NCBI GenBank assembly: GCA_900617105.1 | Contig: UYFQ01000172.1 | Location: 1-54,484, forward strand | Reading direction: 5' to 3' | Length of the DNA: 54,484 nucleotides | DNA from: Hydrurus foetidus | Lineage: Eukaryota | Shown here: positions 39,301 through 49,537 of the stretch, in pieces | How the letters are laid out: each line of letters begins with the position of its first letter | Numbering within the stretch: position 1 is the first letter of the stretch | Translations under genes and position numbers: made by a program | The notes under the pieces: generated by a model | What the model saw: the letters and a program-made list of their open reading frames with translations, nothing else | Told to the model about the DNA's origin: nothing | Database searches by the model: none

Positions 39301-42300
39301 CCATTATACCCCTTCATACCCGGTGTATTCCCGCTACATCCGGTCTATTCCGTCATCACAGAGTACGAGAGAGACCTCAAACAAATCGCCCTACTGGAAT
39401 TAGAAAAGAGCAAGATTAGAGGGGAGAGCTTGTCCCGTGACTTGGAAGCACAGCGGGTTGGTCCTTCTGCTGCCCTGGCGTATCACTCCGAGGTGCGTAC
39501 ATACATTGCATAGGACAGGACAGCATTTTTTGTGACATTTTCTTTGATTATTTGCAGAAAACAAGACTCATCGTTTCGAAATGTTTTAGAATCAAGTATG
39601 AGGGTACAAGATTGCAGAACTCTCTAACTGTTTGTTGACATCTTTTTCTACGGGAATACTAATTTCATGTCATCACTTCAACTTATGAGGGAGTATATTG
39701 GAGTGAAGAACCGTCTCTTATTGTGTGATAAATGATGAAGATGTCAAGCGATCGTCACAGTAATACTATCCCACACATGACGTTATTGAAATCAAAACAC
39801 CGATACACAATTTCACTCTCCACCATGATGCAAATAATTCAATTAATCCAATTGCAATACGCACAGCACTCGGAGACTCTGCAAGCCTATGCGGAGATGG
39901 ATCGGCTGAAGAGGGAGAGTCAGGTCAGAGACACCGAGCTAAGGGCGGTGGAGCACCACAGAGGTAAGTCGGGCAGTGTGTGTGTATATATGTATGTTAG
40001 CGTGGTACAGTGTCTTTATGTGCGTGTTGCATTGTATGTGTGGTGTAGCGTGGGAGGGGTGAGAGGGTATGTGCGTACGTGTAAGGTAGTGTATGTGTGC
40101 TGTATGGACAGTGTACGTGTGTGTGCGCGTGTGTTGTGTGAGAGGCATTGAGTGACCCTCATGTCCCTGCATCTCCTATCTCAACCTTGTGAGAACTGAT
40201 ATGTGACCATATCCTTTCTTTCTTATGCACATCAAACAACAGATGTTCTCAGAGACACTGTGGAACAACTAGAAAGACAAGTGCGTGTGAAGACAGACGC
40301 ACTTGCGGACAATCTGCGCTATCCAATGTCAGTCGATGGAATGGGACAGGGACAGGGGGCAGGGTCCGAAGAGGAGGAGGTGCTGAGGAGACAGATAGGA
40401 CGCTATCAAGCCAGATGCGCAGGTACTGACCGTTACACGTTCTTTGAGGATGCTTTTTATTGATTTGTTGACCGTGCACTTCGTGTTCAGAGTTGAATTT
40501 GCATGTATTCTTTTGTTGGTCGTGAATACGTTCGTGCTATAGTCCCTCTCCTCTTAGACCTTCCGAGCACAATGCCTTCACCTATTCACTCTCTCTCATT
40601 CTTCACTCTTCCCTCTCCCTCTCTCCATTTCCCTTCCCCCTCTCCCTCTCTCTTTCTCTTTTTGCTCTATGCACGCTCCCCTCATGTTCCACTTCACTCT
40701 ATCTCGTCAGGTATGGATGAGCTGGTGTCTTCCTACCGAGCAGGTGTACTTGCGCTGTATGCTGACGGATCATCTTACGGTGCCGCTCAGTACGCACCAT
40801 TCATGGAGAAGAAGGTACGCACGCAGAGCGTTTGTAATTCTTAACTCGTACAACTTCTTTTTTTCGTAACTTGTAAGCCTCTTCAATGCACTGATTGATT
40901 TCTTTTTCGTTCATCACTTGTGCACTAATCAAACAAATTTATTTATCTATGGCACTTTAATCGTCATATTCTCACCCTATCTGTTTCACTTTCTTCTACT
41001 TTCTTCTTCCATTTTTTCTCACAGCGGAGCAGCAACAACAGTGTGGGCACGAACCCGATGTACAACCGTTCGCTGGCAAGCCTTACCGGCAACAAAAACA
41101 ACAACAATAACAACAATAATAACACTCACGTGTATGGGAGTAATGGATGGATTGAGCGGGAGATATATAATATTAAAAAGAGCTATGAAGAAGAAATTAA
41201 ATTGCTCGAGGTGATCAATGCCTGTCTTACTATCATATCCCATCATCTGACCATTCTACTAGCTATTGTATTTACATGTTTTTTGATTACCATTTTCTAT
41301 GTGATAGTGGGGGTATGAAAAGCTGCCACCCTATATAATGAACAAGATTCTTCTATCCCACACTGCATCACCCTCATCTTTTTGTACACACTACGCTATG
41401 CTACACTTCATCATTCTGCTCCGCACTGTAATGCACTGTACTGCAATATTTCTCTCACTACAGGAATGCACTGTATATGATCATATTAAATCACAAGAAA
41501 TGACATACATCATACACTACCCATCACCAACAAGAAGAACGCAATGTGACGTTCCTCCCTTTTCAACCGTATACCTCAATTCTTAATCTCTCATCTCTTA
41601 TCTCAATCGTGTACCTCCTTTTTTTCTATCTTGAATCATATTTTCCCAGGCTGAAACAGGCGAGTTGCGCGGCAAACTACGTCAGTCAGGGTCGTACATA
41701 TCCGAGCTCAGAAAGAGGTTTGAAGATAACATGAAAGCCATGTACCGACCGGCTGGAAGAGGTCAAGCGAGCGAAACACTGGCACTGCAGTTTGAACACA
41801 TGTCTTCATCGCTGGAGCAGGTGGACTAAACTTCAACTTTCTTGTCAATACATTGCTTTTCTACACTGTATTGTATTCTGTAGTATTGTGTTGTATTGTA
41901 TTGCCTTATCTAACTCTTATCTGATGAACAGTCGAGCACCATTTGTATTTCACGTGTTTCTTTTCTACGCACACACAACTGTCAACTTTCGCACCAGATT
42001 CTTTCTCTCATGTAGAGCATAGCAACAACATAAATCATTCTACACCCTCTGCACTTCCATCACCTCCATTCTATTTCTCACCATTCTACATCAGATATTT
42101 TCTAAATTATGTTGCAAGACTTCGTCTATTTTTTCATTTTAATTTTCATTTTATTTAATCTCAGGCACATACGGAGTCACAGCGATTGGACAAAGAACTG
42201 TCCATCGAAAAGACACTCAGTAGAAGAAGGCACGGACTGCTGGTACGTCCGTACTTACGAATCCGATGCGGTGGGGTTTCAATTTATTTCTCACACACGT

Positions 42301-45125
42301 TTTGCACACTCTTTTTACCATTCTCTTTCTTTCTTGTGATACCTTACACGTTGATTGCACCAGAGCCACCATTCCCCTATCACCATCCTCTCCCTTCTCA
42401 CCTCACACCACCAACCCTCCCCTCTCACTAGCCCTCACCCCTTCTCATTCCTCATCTCATACCATCACCCCACTACTACCCCTTCTCTCACTTCATCTCC
42501 CACCACCTCCCTCCCCTCCCTCATCAGGTGGATGACCTCACTGCTGCCCTCCAAGGAAGAGATGCGGCACTCGCAGCTCTTGCTAGACTGGAAGCTCTGT
42601 GCGCGGACAGCGGAATAGGCAAAGAGCTCATCATTGAGGTGCGCGAATTTGAAATATTCTTAAATGTTTTTGTTATGTTTTGATACCTTCATTTTTTTGT
42701 TCATGTTTGTATGAGGAATCAATGGACATTGACATAGCTTTGGATCCATGTGATGTAGTCTTCTACGCGATTCCTTCTTCTCTATCGATATCTATTATCA
42801 TACGGTACTATCTTGTCTTGTAAGAATGCTGTAGCATCCTATTTCACATTATCTAACTCATTTTCTCGTGTCATACTTTATTGAAACACTCCAGTTTCCA
42901 TATCATTTCATCATTTGTCCCATCATATCTTATCTCATCCTATCTTATCCCATATTTAATCATCTTTTCTTATATCTTCTCAAGGCGTGTCATATCGATG
43001 AGAGGGACAAGGAAGGTGGGAGAGACGTCGGGAGGGAGAGGGACAGGGAGGAGTATTACCCCAGGGCTTCGGGAGCCAATTATACTGCAGGCAGAAATGA
43101 TGACGGTACTGCAGGCAGTCTTGGACAAGAGGTAAGAGATTTCTTGTATGCAGCTAGTGGTAATCAATGCTACGGTACAGTGAAGGTTGAAGCGAAGTTG
43201 TTGTGCAGTCTGTGTCATATGAGCACTTGCTGTTCTTAAAGTAATCAAAAATATTTCCGTCCACTCTCTTCTCAACAATTCGTCAATCGCTGACTGACTC
43301 ACTCACTTCTGCCCTATCTCTCCTCACTCCCTCACCTTGCCTCTCTCAATCACTTTCTTCTTTTTAAAGGAGCGAAAGGCTCTACAGTCCTTGATGAGAG
43401 GTCTGGCTGAATCAGACGTGGAAGTTGAGGTATGCACACCTTATCTCTCCGTATACACTCCTTTCTTTCATACGCCTTCGATGCTTTCCGCTCTAATTTT
43501 ATGAATACTTCATATCTCCCACCCCCCTTCTCAATTCAACTTCTCATTTTTTCCTATGTTTTCCTCTTTCCCTATTTGAATTTTTCAAGGTGCCCCCCAT
43601 TCTTTTATTTCTCTCTTCTTGCACCCCTCTATTGTAATCACATTTCACCTCCAAACAGTACACTTCCCACAGGCGTCTAATAAACATTCTCACACATCAA
43701 CATGACTGCTATCATCTAAATCCCTTCCCCTTCTAAACCACTCATAAATCCTCGATGTGATATTGTATGACCTTCTTCCTTCTCAGGGTGACCGTAGAGG
43801 CAGCAGGAAGAGACGGGAGATAACCCACACACAGATCAGCCCAAAGTGAGTCCTTGAACTTTCCAACCTGTCATGCGGATCTAAGCTTGATTCCACACAC
43901 ACACTTACGCAGTTGTCAAATGGTTGATCAATTATTCTACCACATGCTATGATTGCTGATCAAATAATGCGAATTTCAGATAAATTCTTTTCTAACAAAT
44001 TTTTTGATTTCACTTTTTACTGCGTCATTTTACTCTCCTCTGTAAGCTGGATGTGTATGCAATCTTTCATAACCTCCATTTAATCTTGTCTGTAACCTTC
44101 GTCTCTTCTCCTCTTGTTTTTTTCTTTCCAGTGCCACAAAAACCTCCACACCAAATTCAGCCGAGAAAGACAAGGACAGAGATAGAGACAGGGAGAGAGA
44201 AAGAGAGCAAGAGAGAAGAGAGGCGGAGACGAGGGACAGAGAGAGAGCTCAGCTGGACCGTCTCAAAGAAGAAAGAGACAAGAACAAAGCCAGCTCTGCT
44301 AAGTGCGTTGAAGAACATTCCTTAGGAACATTTATCTATTCGCTGTTGATACTATCCCATCTGATATTATCTCTTCCACCTATGTCCCGTTTTTTATCCA
44401 ATCCCATTTGTCTATTATCTAGCACTTAAACGCTTCATTGCTGTGGTAAATACTGTCTATTGCGAGATTTTTTGTTACATCTTAAAGACATACAATTCAC
44501 AGCCGTCTGTTTCCTGACTGTCCGTCTTTCAGTGTCGTACTCCCAACTGCACTATATTACTCAGCCACTCAACATCATCTACCTCTCTCTCCTCTCTCTC
44601 CTCTCCTCTCACACATCACTTACACTTGTCTTCCTTCCCAGGTATGGAGGAAATGGAAGTATGGTAGCTCTCACAGCACACGCCCATTCTGCATACGGAC
44701 GAGACAACTACACGCCCCTCGCACCTGGAGTAAGATCAACAGCTAGTGCCGGACCTAGTGCAGGAGGAGGAGGGGGAGGGGGAGGGGGAGGAGGTGCTGT
44801 TGGGGAGTATGTCGGAGACAGGCCGTCTCTGACCAACCTCTTCTCCCCCGCTATGCGCTACATCAGCCCGATGAAAGCTGTGGCTGTCACAAACACTCCC
44901 GCTCCATTTGTTGTGCGCCACGCCACCAGTGACTTCATCACGCAGCCCCAGGGGGATTCACGAGGGGGGGACAGAGCAGTGGCTGGGTCCCCTTCTGTTT
45001 CCTACCCCCTGAACACGGTTCGGGCCTCCGAGTTAGGGGGTGGATCCATGCGTATCAGTCGCTCTGCCACACAGACATCTGCTCCTAGAAAGATGAGTTC
45101 AACCATGACAAGTAAAAAAGAATAA
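9829..45125 (+). CDS. Giant multi-exon coiled-coil protein gene (about 76 exons, about 3400 aa), function unknown, possibly centrosomal/cytoskeletal
   Basis: Manual GT(GC)-AG tracing gives one continuous E/K/Q/L/R-rich reading frame with consistent phases. Approximate exon starts: 9829, 9995, 10265, 11417, 11847, 12326, 12808, 13358, 13888, 14341, 14739/14754, 15137, 15712, 16181, 17196, 17686, 18097, 18777, 19204, 20016, 20696, 21052, 21497, 21906, 22293, 22722, 23345, 23675, 24378, 24737, 25132, 25368, 25875, 26520, 26839, 27365, 27676, 28085, 28444, 28790, 29035, 29296, 29772, 30142, 30502, 31313, 31593, 32088, 32531, 33574, 34027, 34444, 34967, 35371, 35804, 36113, 36394, 36691, 37082, 37496, 38007, 38411, 38910, 39362, 39867, 40243, 40711, 41025, 41650, 42165, 42528, 42985, 43370, 43787, 44133, 44642. 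Start ATG 9829 (MSTSRSPSAV) is tentative; stop TAA ends at 45125. Confidence 0.85.
10265..10618 (+). CDS. Exon 3 of the giant coiled-coil gene
   Basis: GCAG|AAC ATG ... AAC ATG|GTACGA, 354 nt, phase 0/0, heptad-like E/L-rich translation. Confidence 0.9.
13070..13195. mobile_element. Degenerate partial copy of the MITE at 20405-20593
   Basis: CAAGGGCCGTGATTTAATT...TTTTAATCGGATACCAG...CACACAACACGCAG...GAAAAATGCT aligns by eye to the left arm and centre of the 20405 element. Confidence 0.55.
16464..16548 (+). repeat. Short intronic tandem repeat (17-18 bp unit, about 5 copies)
   Basis: TTGTCATGTCT core repeated five times. Confidence 0.8.
17889..18032 (+). repeat. Compound (CT)n/(CA)n microsatellite
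   Basis: Directly visible. Confidence 0.9.
18339..18550. mobile_element. Intronic foldback/MITE-like element
   Basis: Left CATACGAAACATACACCGAAAAAATCCTCAAA..CGTCGACGTT matches the reverse complement of right AACGTCGACATTTTGAGGATTTTTTCTCTGTATGTTTCGCATG. Inner ACCCAAGATCCAC/GTAGAACTTGGGT pair and a central hairpin GAAACCTCAGA-A-TCTGAGGTTTC. Confidence 0.75.
19204..19532 (+). CDS. Internal exon of the giant coiled-coil gene
   Basis: TACAG|GCA AAG AGA ... CAG AG|GTACGA; translation AKRLELQDSKLEKEKL... Confidence 0.9.
20405..20593. mobile_element. Intronic MITE with about 70-bp imperfect terminal inverted repeats
   Basis: Left arm CAAGGGTCGTGTTTAATTTATTCATTTGTCGTTTTTGATCGGATACCAGCCCCCGACACAACAATACACAG versus reverse complement of right arm CAAAGGTCGTATTTAATTTATTCATTCATCGTTCTTAATCGGGTACCGGCCCCCACACAACAACACACAG. 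Confidence 0.8.
22857..23195 (+). repeat. Complex (GT)n/(GTAT)n microsatellite at an intron 5' end
   Basis: Directly visible; it generates the spurious VCVCM/HTHTY ORFs. Confidence 0.95.
23675..24114 (+). CDS. Largest internal exon of the giant coiled-coil gene
   Basis: ATGCAG|ATT CAA GAG ... ATG CG|GTAAGA, 440 nt, strongly coiled-coil. Confidence 0.9.
29497..29554 (+). repeat. (TTTA)n microsatellite
   Basis: Directly visible; a shorter one lies at about 26360-26393. Confidence 0.9.
30633..31208 (+). repeat. Intronic minisatellite, 32-bp unit x about 18 nearly identical copies
   Basis: Unit TGTGTTACTTGAACACTAAATATGTGTGTGTA head-to-tail with no spacers. Confidence 0.97.
32995..33395 (+). 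repeat. Intronic minisatellite, 39-bp unit x about 10 copies
   Basis: Unit CTCA(G/C)TGAC(A/G)AGACACCCATTCCTTTCATCCAATCTTAA. Confidence 0.97.
36355..36392 (+). repeat. (CA)n microsatellite directly abutting a 3' splice site
   Basis: ...CACACACACAG|GGC GAA GAA. Confidence 0.9.
44642..45125 (+). CDS. Terminal exon of the giant gene (Gly/Ser/Pro-rich low-complexity tail)
   Basis: CCCAG|G TAT GGA ... AAA GAA TAA; phase matches the preceding exon ending GCT AA|GTGCGT. Confidence 0.85.
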
Positions 45126-45702
45126 GATAAGATTCAATAGAATACAACGTAACACATGATATATATTAATCTGCATTTACATCAAATTTTGAGATCGACC
45201 ATCATTTGTAGTGGAATAATTGAATGCCAGTAAAAACCAAAGTTGATTTGAAAGTTACACAACTATTTCATTTCAGTCCTTCATGACAGACAGCAATTCA
45301 CATTTTAACAGGCTGTAATTCTCAATAAAATTTCGACATTAAAACGGTATTTTCTGTTTCTGTGCACTTGAGAAGATTATACTGCATTGCGGTACTTTCT
45401 CAAGCTATTTCGAGCAATAAATTGTTGCGATGCCGCAATTTTTAAAATGGAAATGAATGAATTCAAATCAACTCAAGGATTAGTTTTAGTGAACAGTTCA
45501 CATCATATCACCTTGACCTGAACGCTTACTCGGAACAAAGAATATTGTGTCTGCTACAGTACGCACTAACCACCAACTACTACAGTACTTAGGCCTTAAC
45601 ATATCCAAAAAAGTCAATAAATACGGTTTTTATTTTTTGGATGACCGATTTCTTCCCAAAAAAACGGAAATAATTTACCGTGTACTGAATTGAGAGATTC
45701 GC

Positions 45703-45880
45703 GTACTGAATTAATAGTTTGATGTACTGAAATCAATAGTGAAGGTTAGGATTAGGGTTAGGATTAGGGTGAAGATTAGGGTTAGGATTAGAGTTAGTGT
45801 TAGGGCTAAACTCAGAGTCAGGGTTAGGGTTAGGGCTAGAGTTAGGGTGTATTCAGTACATCAAACTATTAATTCAGTAC
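45703..45880. repeat. Degenerate interstitial TTAGGG tract enclosed by a perfect 29-bp inverted repeat
   Basis: GTACTGAATTAATAGTTTGATGTACTGAA (45703-45731) and its exact reverse complement (45852-45880) flank GGTTAGG/ATTAGGG variants at about 45743-45848. Confidence 0.9.
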
Positions 45881-46304
45881 ACCATTAATTGAATCGCATT
45901 TTAGATTTTAGGGCCAAAATTGGCTTCGAAAGCCTAAAAATTCCACAAAATCCGCCTCAGAAATTCAAAAAAGTCGGGATTTCTGGATTATTTCCCCGTT
46001 GATTGCACGGGGATCGTGGATCTGTCGATTCTTCACGACTTCAACTTATCATCATCAATCATCAAAAATAATTTCATTTGAGTTGAATCTCTTTGGAATC
46101 GAAGAAATCGTACCCCAAATAATGTGTGAAGAATGATGAGACATTTGTCGAAATGTTTCCCATGGAGGAGTCCGCAGCATGGTGTCCGTGTACGTGACTA
46201 GAATAGAAGCTATTTTCAGGTCCCTGAGTACGATACTGACCAACTCCAGAATTGTGAGAGACTAATGGTCAATGGACCTCTCATGAATTTCGAACTCTTT
46301 TGTG

Positions 46305-47888
46305 ATGACTCTTCCCGATGGTAGTCGTCACATGATGCAAAAAGTAATCTCTACAAAAATCGTGATTTCAGAGGAAACAACATGTAGGAAACTTCGTGGC
46401 ACCGTGGAATCGCAATCCATCGCAAGAAGAAGCGTATCAGACCTTATTTTAGAAAGTCTCTCAAGTAGCGACGACACCCGCTCGGAAACTCTGCAAACGG
46501 AGTGCGGCTTCGACAAGGATACTCTGGACCTTGATGCTCTGGACCCAACTCTATCAGAAACGTCATCTAGTGGAACCATACTATCGACTGTTCGCTCTCT
46601 GCAAAAGTCTTTGACCTTCAGACTCACCAAAACGTCGAGTATCGTAGAAAATAGGCACTCGTTGGATGCAGGAGAAACTGACACTGAAGAACTAATGATG
46701 AACATTATCCGCAACCAAATCGGCCTGGGTCATTTCTTAGCGTTTTGTCAATCAGAGTTCAATTCAGAATATCTTCAACTTTATATTGCCGTGGAAAACT
46801 TCCGCCTTAAAGAGGCCACAGAAGTAGGGCAGTACTCCATCGGCTTCACGAAGGAAAATGCGAAGGATGGAAAGGAATATTGGCGCAGCATGGATGAAGC
46901 GGTAATGGGCTTGACTGCAAGCAATCGAACTCGTCACTTTAATGTGCGTAGAAAGGAAGAAATATTGGCTATTTGGGATAAGTTTTTCCAGGATAAAGAC
47001 GAGACATCAGTCACGGATTTTGATGGTCTAGAAGAAGCTTCCCCAAGAACGCGGAAGTCTTCCTTTTTGATTACAAAACCGCTATCACCGAACTATGTAT
47101 TCTTGCCCAAAGCTGTCTCCATAAGTACGTTGAGGCGGCTTGAGCGCTACGAATTGTATGGTGCTGATGTGTTCTCAGAAGCAGTGACGGAGGCACTGAA
47201 GGTTCTACACAGAGACATCTTTCCCCGATTTCTCAAATCATCCTTGTACGAGATGAACATTAAGAAAAGGCTGTCGTACGATCTGTCAGTGACTATGCAT
47301 CCGCCACCCACATCACTCATTGTGAAGCCCCCGAGAAGTGGAATCCTCGATGAACTGAGCAATAGGATCATTCATGCGGAAGGAAAATTATACAGTTTGA
47401 AAGAAATTCTTCGAGATGGAATATTATACAACGAATTTTTGACACGATTGAAGAAGAAAGGAGCTTCACAGTATATTCTCTGCGCGCAACTCATCGCAAT
47501 ATTTAAAGAGTCAATCAAAGAAAGACAGAGTTTCACAGCGAACATAACGTCTGATTCTATAATAGACCAGGCCTGGGTAGTGTATCTTCATTTCGTTGCA
47601 GAGGGTTCTAGTCATGGAATATTACTGACGGCAGAGCACACAAAACAAATTCAATTTTCATTGGGAAATCCAGCAATCGACTCATTTGATGAGCTTGAGT
47701 CTGTCGCAATGGGGGAGTTAACGATGTTGTTCAATAGATACAGAGGAACTGAAAACTATCAGAACCTTGCTTCCAGGGCTCTACACACTGCAAAGAACAT
47801 TCTCAAAGTAGAGGGCGGAACAGTGCGTTTTAGAAAGCCACCGAAGGAGCCAGTACTGTCGATATACAGTAGGATGAACGTCCGGTAG
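46305..47888 (+). CDS. Intronless protein with two RGS-like domains
   Basis: Long ORF (listed 528 aa from GTG, ATG at 46305). RGS motifs FLAFCQSEFNSEYLQLYIAVENFR and LHRDIFPRFLKSSLY. Second unit LKEILRDGILYNEFL...AWVVYLHFVAEGS...FDELESVAMGEL...RYRGTENY. Confidence 0.85.
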   Translation: MTLPDGSRHMMQKVISTKIVISEETTCRKLRGTVESQSIARRSVSDLILESLSSSDDTRSETLQTECGFDKDTLDLDALDPTLSETSSSGTILSTVRSLQKSLTFRLTKTSSIVENRHSLDAGETDTEELMMNIIRNQIGLGHFLAFCQSEFNSEYLQLYIAVENFRLKEATEVGQYSIGFTKENAKDGKEYWRSMDEAVMGLTASNRTRHFNVRRKEEILAIWDKFFQDKDETSVTDFDGLEEASPRTRKSSFLITKPLSPNYVFLPKAVSISTLRRLERYELYGADVFSEAVTEALKVLHRDIFPRFLKSSLYEMNIKKRLSYDLSVTMHPPPTSLIVKPPRSGILDELSNRIIHAEGKLYSLKEILRDGILYNEFLTRLKKKGASQYILCAQLIAIFKESIKERQSFTANITSDSIIDQAWVVYLHFVAEGSSHGILLTAEHTKQIQFSLGNPAIDSFDELESVAMGELTMLFNRYRGTENYQNLASRALHTAKNILKVEGGTVRFRKPPKEPVLSIYSRMNVR

Positions 47889-48355
47889 AGTGTGCAGTAT
47901 TGTGCTCTCATCTCATCATGTAACACACAAGTTCACGCGAATGAACAGCAAGTAAGTGATGCAAGATGCGCACAGTCGAGGTGTTGCACTGCATCACCCC
48001 ACATCACATTAGTCAGGCAGTGGGCACGCCCGTCGTGTGCTACCTGTACTGTCATAGAATCGAAGTCAGTGCAGTGATGTGGAGCAGTGCTGATATGTAC
48101 GAGTGAAAGTCAGCACAACTAGGCACAGTGAATGTCTGATCAGAGAGAGGTGGGGCTGACCAGACGGGATTTATGTCGACTTAACGCTTGATTTAGCTTG
48201 GTTAAATCAATTGCCCTGCTAATTTGAGAATGAGAGAGAGAATGATACGTTTTTGGTTATAGAGCAGCTGCAGATACGCATACCTGAGAAGATCTTGGAC
48301 CTGTAATTCCAGACACGAGAGATCTTGGATCTACCATTCCATCCCTCTGATAGCT

Positions 48356-48380
48356 AACACACACACACACACACACACAC
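48356..48380 (+). repeat. (CA)n microsatellite
   Basis: Directly visible. Confidence 0.9.
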
Positions 48381-49537
48381 GGTCAAGTACATAAATGCGT
48401 GACACAAGTCCGTACAATCACACTACATGTAACTTCAACATCAATGGTCACATAGTAAAGCACCATCTGCTCCATTACTTCAAATTCAGCATTTTGAACT
48501 TTTATTACGTCACCACCCAACAGTTTTGTTTTCATGGCAACAAGTTGTTTTGTTATCGTATCTTCTTGTTCCTGTCCGTGACTTGTTGTAGGACTCAGTA
48601 TCTACTAATGAATTATGGCAATTCAATGTTCGGATGCCGTATAACATTGCTGTGCAACACTCACCACGACTAGCTGACGTCACGAATATTCCCATGCTAC
48701 GATAATGCATTCGACTTGATTTTAATCCATTTTTTATTCAAATCATATGAATACGATCATATCCACACCACACAACTCAACGCCTTCACACATCGATTCT
48801 CGTTTATGCCACACCCTCTCTCCTATTTTTTATACCGAACTAAATTACTACAACGTGTTTTCTCAGGCGCAAACCTAATGAATTGCGTACTTTAAATAAA
48901 TATAAACACGCAATTAAAAAAACATTTAAATACGTACATACATTCATTCCTACATACATATGTTCTTTCATACATTTACATCGTACGTACATTAACGCTA
49001 CATGTGGCTCATGGCATTGTTCTGAAGTAAAACAGTTTTTTTGAGAACATTTTATATACTTGAAATTTTCGCGCAGCTGAAGTGACAAGTGAATGAACCG
49101 AATCTGAGTATGATGGGAGAATTCTCTCTTCTCTATTACATCATACGGTTGCACATGATCGATCAGACCTCCACAAAAATGCGTTTTCAATTTGTGTGGC
49201 TGATGAAGAAGATGTCGGTAAAGAAATAATCCAACTTAGTTTGAATACAGAATTCAGAACACTAAGAATGGAAATAAAAACGATCAACATAAGCAATAGG
49301 CCCGATCTGGAACCTGACCCGTTCCGACAGACCGTCTGGCATGAAAAACGAGAAAAAAAATGAAATCTACACTCCCTGACCCTTTGTTTGCGGCAAACAT
49401 TCCACAAACCCTCAAGTTACCAGGGATTTCCACGAAGAAATCGTAGAAAACGTGGGAATGGAATAAAATAATTATGCAGTTGGGGTAACTGAGAAGATAC
49501 GGTGTCGCTGAGGACAGTTGCACTGCACTACTGTAAT

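Noticed and set aside
11882..44460. Many short Leu/Ser/Pro/His-rich or antisense ORFs in the ORF track
   Set aside because: Read-through of pyrimidine-rich introns or antisense shadows of real exons
45743..45848. True telomere or chromosome fusion scar
   Set aside because: Short, degenerate, single orientation and enclosed by an inverted repeat
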